Shown piece by piece: positions 35,872 through 39,999 of a stretch of DNA of 39,999 bases; within the stretch, counting starts at the first letter, position 1; each line of letters starts with the position of its first letter. The notes under the pieces are model-generated. The model had not been told where the DNA came from and did not search any database. It was given only the letters and a program-made list of their open reading frames with translations. Made by a program: the position numbers and the translations under genes. Origin of the DNA: a virus (lineage: Duplodnaviria > Caudoviricetes); IMG/VR virus record IMGVR_UViG_3300035182_000456, positions 1 through 39,999 of that record; one strand, given 5' to 3'.

Positions 35872-36402
35872 ATGGCTATCGAGATCAAAAACCTGCAAGG
35901 CGACGTTATTTTTACGTTATGCGCAAATGACCTGCTCGGTGCAAACCTGCAAGGCACAAACCTGCGCAGTGCAGACCTGAACAGTGCAGACCTGCGCTAT
36001 GCAGACCTGCGAGGCGCAAACATGCGCTATGCAGACCTGCGAGGCGCAAAACTTAGCGGTGCAAACCTGATAGGTACAAACCTTAGCGGTGCAGACCTTG
36101 GCTGTGCAGACCTTGGCGGTGCAAACCTGCAAGGCACAAACCTGCGCAGTGCAAACCTGAGAGGCGCAGACCTGCGAGGTTCAGACGTTTTAAGTGTAGC
36201 GGCAAGCGATGCAACAAATGATTATGATATTTTTGCTACAAAGACACACTTGAAAATCGGATGTCAGTTCCACCCATGGGGTGATTGGATGGGTTTTGAT
36301 GATGAAGCAATAATCAAAATGGATGGTGATGAAGCACTTAAATTCTGGCGCGTGTGGAAACCAATCCTGCGAGCTATCGCAACTGATCGCGGGTGGTTAT
36401 AA
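35872..36402 (+). CDS. Pentapeptide repeat protein
   Basis: About 16 A(D/N)Lxx repeats; C-terminal IGCQFH..W domain. Confidence 0.92.
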   Translation: MAIEIKNLQGDVIFTLCANDLLGANLQGTNLRSADLNSADLRYADLRGANMRYADLRGAKLSGANLIGTNLSGADLGCADLGGANLQGTNLRSANLRGADLRGSDVLSVAASDATNDYDIFATKTHLKIGCQFHPWGDWMGFDDEAIIKMDGDEALKFWRVWKPILRAIATDRGWL

Positions 36403-36405
36403 ATC

Positions 36406-37674
36406 ATGGATATTTTATCAAAAACCGGGGAATTATTTCCCCGCTCACCGATCACCCAACTTACAGTTGGCATAACAGCTACATTAGGCGTAATGCTTAA
36501 CTACCCTGAATTGAGCTTAGGTGTTGTAGGGATGGCAATGGCAGGTCGTGCGCTGCTGAATTACCGCAACAATGACCAAACAGAGGATAGCCAAACAACT
36601 ATGGTTAATCCTGTGGTTGCATCTGATGATATTGGCTTGGTAAAAACCATCGCTGATTACGGCTTTGATGGCGCTACGCTTGTTGCAAGTCATGACGGCA
36701 TGGTTATCAACCGCTATACCGTGCGATTGCCCCACGGGTCACGCATTAAGGATTTGCCTGATGCTGATGACTTGGCAATGGCTCTAGGCGTTGCGTCGGT
36801 AGATATTCTGCCAAGCCGTCAAAAAATGTGCCGTGAGTTTGACGTGCCGCGCATTGACCGCCAGTATGTCGACTTTGACAGTCTTATGCAGTCAAGCGAG
36901 TGGGCGCAAGCCAAGGATTCAAGCATGGCGTTGCCTGTATGCCCTGCTGTAACCATTGACGGCAAGCCCTACGTCATTGATCTAAAGGATGGTGTGCATT
37001 ACTTCATCCCCGGAACAACTGGCGCGGGTAAATCGGTTTTTGCAAATGCGCTGATGCTGTCACTGATTGATTCTGGTCGTGACTTCACGCTATTGGTTGC
37101 AGACGGCAAAAGCCGCAAGGGTGATTTTTACCCGTACTACAGCAAATCCGAGTACCTGCTGAATGATTACCGCGACCATGTGCAAGGAGAGCCACAGTGC
37201 AAGGGCGCTGCTATCGAACCCGAAGATATGGCAGCGCAGTTTGAATGGTTAGTCTGGACAATGGAACAGCGTTTTAGTGGTGGCTCTGATGATATGAAGC
37301 CGATCATTTACTTGATGGACGAAATGAAAGACGTGGTAGATATGCTTTCGGCAAGTGACGATAAAAACGCGCTGAAATCCTTCACCCGCAACGTAGGAAG
37401 GCTGGCGCAAAAAGCACGCTCCGTTAACATCACCATCCTGTTTTGCACCCAAAGCCCAAATAGTGAGTGGTTGCCACAGACGTTACGCGCCGTTATCCCG
37501 TCCGTGTTTGCGTTTGCCGTTAGCAGTGCAGCACAAAGCCGGGTATGTATCGGTGAAAACGGCTGTGAGAAGCTGCTAGGCAAAGGCGATGGATATGCAA
37601 AGATCAACGGCAAAACCACGCGCATTCATGGCGCTAACGTAACAATTGACCATATTGGAAGGTATTTAAAATGA
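36406..37674 (+). CDS. FtsK/SpoIIIE-family ATPase with N-terminal TM hairpin, lacking the gamma domain
   Basis: GTTGAGKS, MEQR, MDE, RLAQKARS..I...TQSP, SRVCIG..G.EKLLGKGD; ends right after the motor domain. Confidence 0.9.
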   Translation: MDILSKTGELFPRSPITQLTVGITATLGVMLNYPELSLGVVGMAMAGRALLNYRNNDQTEDSQTTMVNPVVASDDIGLVKTIADYGFDGATLVASHDGMVINRYTVRLPHGSRIKDLPDADDLAMALGVASVDILPSRQKMCREFDVPRIDRQYVDFDSLMQSSEWAQAKDSSMALPVCPAVTIDGKPYVIDLKDGVHYFIPGTTGAGKSVFANALMLSLIDSGRDFTLLVADGKSRKGDFYPYYSKSEYLLNDYRDHVQGEPQCKGAAIEPEDMAAQFEWLVWTMEQRFSGGSDDMKPIIYLMDEMKDVVDMLSASDDKNALKSFTRNVGRLAQKARSVNITILFCTQSPNSEWLPQTLRAVIPSVFAFAVSSAAQSRVCIGENGCEKLLGKGDGYAKINGKTTRIHGANVTIDHIGRYLK

Positions 37675-37964
37675 AACTGCTACCCATCGCCATAATCGCC
37701 ATACTCTCCACACCAGTCCATGCCGATTGGTTTGTAGATGGCACGATCACGCGTAACCTAGACGATAATACTGATCTTATTGAGGTGCATCCAGATGGTA
37801 GCCGTCATCTCTATAGAGGCAACGGCACGCTGTTTGCTGGCTACAAGTGGCGTTTTGACCATTCCGCACTATCTTTGGGGGCGTATCACCAGTCTAACCC
37901 GTACCGTGGTGACGATTACGGGCAGAATGGGGTAGCGGTTCGTGGGTGCTTTGGGGATTGCTAA
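37671..37964 (+). CDS. Small exported beta-strand protein
   Basis: Signal peptide MKLLPIAIIAILSTPVHA; aromatic beta-strands; HQSN...DYGQN. Confidence 0.7.
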   Translation: MKLLPIAIIAILSTPVHADWFVDGTITRNLDDNTDLIEVHPDGSRHLYRGNGTLFAGYKWRFDHSALSLGAYHQSNPYRGDDYGQNGVAVRGCFGDC

Positions 37965-38019
37965 AACAATTGACTAGCGCCCGGTGTTGACGGGTCAATA
38001 TCAGGCTCAAAACCAATCA

Positions 38020-39480
38020 TCAGTAATCCCCCCAACAAGCAGCCGTCCAGCCACACCACGCGGACGGCGCAACTGATGTTGTAATCGTAAACGTAGTTGC
38101 AGTTACCGCCGTGACGTATGGTATTACCGTGCTTGCACCCAACATTACCAGATTGATTTGATTGTCTGTTGGCGTGCCTGCTAGCCCATGAGTCACTACA
38201 ACGCTAGTGCTAGTCAACACCGCACTACCTGAGTTTTTTGTCAGACTGGCAGTGTTGTTAACCCGCAAACCAGTGCCAACGCCAAACATAGTGATTGATG
38301 GGCAGTTATCCACAACGCCCGTTGTAGCAGTGTTTACCCCCAATGTATTGGATTGAGTGGGTCCGCCAGAAAGTGCCGTATTGTTTGCCACGCATCCGAC
38401 CATGACAAGATTGGTCACGCTGTCAGCCGTATAGGCGCGATATGTCCCGCTACTGTCATAGCTGTTGTTACTGGATATGCAGCCCTGTACCACTATATCC
38501 GAGCAAGTGCTGAGAGCCAGCCCCGCAGACCCGCAATTGATAAAGCGGCACGCATCCAACGTGACGTTTTTGGCGTTGTAGACAACCAGCCCTTGACCAG
38601 CAGTAGCCGCTTGACCGCGCCCATTGCTAAACCAGCACCCGAACAATGCCGCTGTGGTTGTATCTTGCAGTAATGCGGAATATTTGCCAGAGTCAAAGTA
38701 GCACTGGATAAATGTGTTTGTCCGTGCTGTCGCCGTTGAGTGCTCAAGGCAACGCTCGAATTGCAGGAAATTGCAGTTTACAAACTCGCTGCCCTCCACC
38801 CATCCTGTGATATAAATCCCGCGCGAACCAGCAACAAACGCCGCAATGTAGGCAAGACAGTAGACGTTAGTGGCGAATACGTCATGAGTGCCGTGCAGGT
38901 ACAGACCATACGTATAAACGCTGGTCATGCTCACGTTACTGACACGATGCCGCCCTGAGTACGTTGGACTTGTCCCTGTAAACTCGATGCCGATATTACC
39001 CGCAGTAATAACGATGTCGTGGATGTCTGCATAAAACGCCCCATTCAGCAGCAGCGTGCTGCCCGTAGTTGCCTGCGTACCGTAGAAAAACTCTACTTGA
39101 GCGCACTCGAAATACTGACACGTAACGGTGATTGTTTGCCCTGATGAGCAAGTAATACGTGATGCCGATTGCGAAAGACCAATTAGAGCGCCTTGAGCCG
39201 CCCACGTAAACGAGCTGCCAAGGCTATAATCGCCTGCCGGAACGTAGATAACAAACCGACCGCCTGCCGCTGCTGCCGCTGTGTATGCTGTAGCAACGTC
39301 CGTATAGTCAGCTACGTTGTAGACCTTCGCGCCCATGTACTCACCCACCCGCACTGGCAGGTTTGAGTTATTGCCGACATATAGGGATGCCTTTTTAGCG
39401 TGCTCTTGATAAGCGCTAAATCGCCCCTTGGTTAGTGACGTTGGGATAGTTGTAACCCGCTCAGCCGTTAATGCTGTCAT
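38020..39480 (-). CDS. Right-handed beta-helix tailspike / putative depolymerase
   Basis: YVPAGDY pectate-lyase-like start, parallel beta-helix repeats, C-terminal VTHGLAGTP domain. Start MTALT after the GGTGA SD. Confidence 0.8.
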   Translation of the reverse strand: MTALTAERVTTIPTSLTKGRFSAYQEHAKKASLYVGNNSNLPVRVGEYMGAKVYNVADYTDVATAYTAAAAAGGRFVIYVPAGDYSLGSSFTWAAQGALIGLSQSASRITCSSGQTITVTCQYFECAQVEFFYGTQATTGSTLLLNGAFYADIHDIVITAGNIGIEFTGTSPTYSGRHRVSNVSMTSVYTYGLYLHGTHDVFATNVYCLAYIAAFVAGSRGIYITGWVEGSEFVNCNFLQFERCLEHSTATARTNTFIQCYFDSGKYSALLQDTTTAALFGCWFSNGRGQAATAGQGLVVYNAKNVTLDACRFINCGSAGLALSTCSDIVVQGCISSNNSYDSSGTYRAYTADSVTNLVMVGCVANNTALSGGPTQSNTLGVNTATTGVVDNCPSITMFGVGTGLRVNNTASLTKNSGSAVLTSTSVVVTHGLAGTPTDNQINLVMLGASTVIPYVTAVTATTFTITTSVAPSAWCGWTAACWGDY

Positions 39481-39484
39481 AAAA

Positions 39485-39970
39485 TCACCATGCCTCTGTT
39501 GTCCATACTGCGCCCGATGCTGCAACTGCTGTCGTGACGAATGCGGTAGTGGCAAGCTGTGTTGTATTTGTGCCTGCTACTGCTGTGGGTGCTGCCGGAA
39601 CGCCTGTGAACGTTGGGCTAGCAACGTTGGCTTTTAGGTTGTCCGCTGCCGTGACAAATGCCGTGGTTGCTACCAGCGTACTGCTATCACCCGCCGTCTG
39701 AGTAGTTGCTGTCGTTGTAGCGGGGATAGCAGCCAAACCGTGTGAGTGGTCAGCCCTTGCGCGTATGTCTGATGAGCCAGCCGTGCTAGTCACTGCCGTT
39801 GTCAGCGGTGGCGCTACTGACCCGACTGGTGCTACTTGCCGAGTCGTACCCGTAGTTGATGTCACGATCTCCTCAACTACGCCAGCCGTTGCGCTGGCAA
39901 TGTAATAGATTGCGCTGTTTGCCGGAGTGCCGGGCAGGGCTGTTACTTTGTTAAAACTCACTGCTGTCAT
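39485..39970 (-). CDS. Short tail-fibre-like protein
   Basis: ARADHSH, ASPTFTGVPAAPT and TTQLATTAFV fibre repeats. Confidence 0.75.
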   Translation of the reverse strand: MTAVSFNKVTALPGTPANSAIYYIASATAGVVEEIVTSTTGTTRQVAPVGSVAPPLTTAVTSTAGSSDIRARADHSHGLAAIPATTTATTQTAGDSSTLVATTAFVTAADNLKANVASPTFTGVPAAPTAVAGTNTTQLATTAFVTTAVAASGAVWTTEAW

Positions 39971-39977
39971 AATTTAA

Positions 39978-39999
39978 TTACCACTGTTCCAAATTCCAT
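39978..39999 (-). CDS. 3' end of an upstream tail-fibre-related gene (truncated)
   Basis: Reads ...WNLEQW-stop, resembling the WTTEAW end of the next gene. Confidence 0.5.

Noticed and set aside
35935-36180. 15-bp periodic DNA repeats as a non-coding array
   Set aside because: Fully explained by pentapeptide repeat coding.
37969-37999. Ninth box-like site TTGACTAGCGCCCG
   Set aside because: Only a partial match with no good -10; better explained as an imperfect hairpin between convergent genes.

Overview
This window is most of a ~40+ kb tailed-phage genome with a contractile (myovirus-type) tail. It appears circularly permuted: baseplate genes run off the left end and tail fibre/spike genes sit at the right end. 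From 1 to 17.4 kb (minus strand) lies the structural and lysis arm: endolysin, tRNA-Tyr, TerS/TerL, DUF1073 portal, gpF-like protein, DUF2213 protease/scaffold, DUF2184 capsid, neck, DUF3383 sheath, tube, a chaperone with a -1 frameshift, tape measure and baseplate. From 17.4 to 38 kb lies the early/replication arm: VRR-NUC, SF2 helicase, SSB, YqaJ exonuclease, Rad52-like SSAP, VapE-like helicase, Toprim primase, a likely origin at 30.85-31.16 kb, and five antirepressor-type genes (3 Rha-like, KilA-N, Bro-N). I found no integrase, CI-type repressor, DNA polymerase, reverse transcriptase or cas gene. Main observations: (1) the variable loops of the Rha/KilA-N/Bro-N genes are encoded by DNA hairpins, and non-coding repeat arrays (18.24-18.50 kb and 26.79-26.88 kb) hold spare copies of such hairpin cassettes; (2) an 11-bp box GTGTCGGGCGC sits in the exact 17-bp spacer of nine sigma70-like promoters and always points the same way on the chromosome; (3) this regulon includes an FtsK-like ATPase, a two-domain peptidoglycan hydrolase and several membrane proteins, resembling a TraB/Spd-like DNA-transfer module; (4) a Bro-N protein carries a copy of the helicase C-terminal domain next to the origin; (5) a 29-bp inverted repeat 1 kb apart; (6) an endolysin with a nested holin-like C-terminus. 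Family names come from motif recognition by eye, not database searches.
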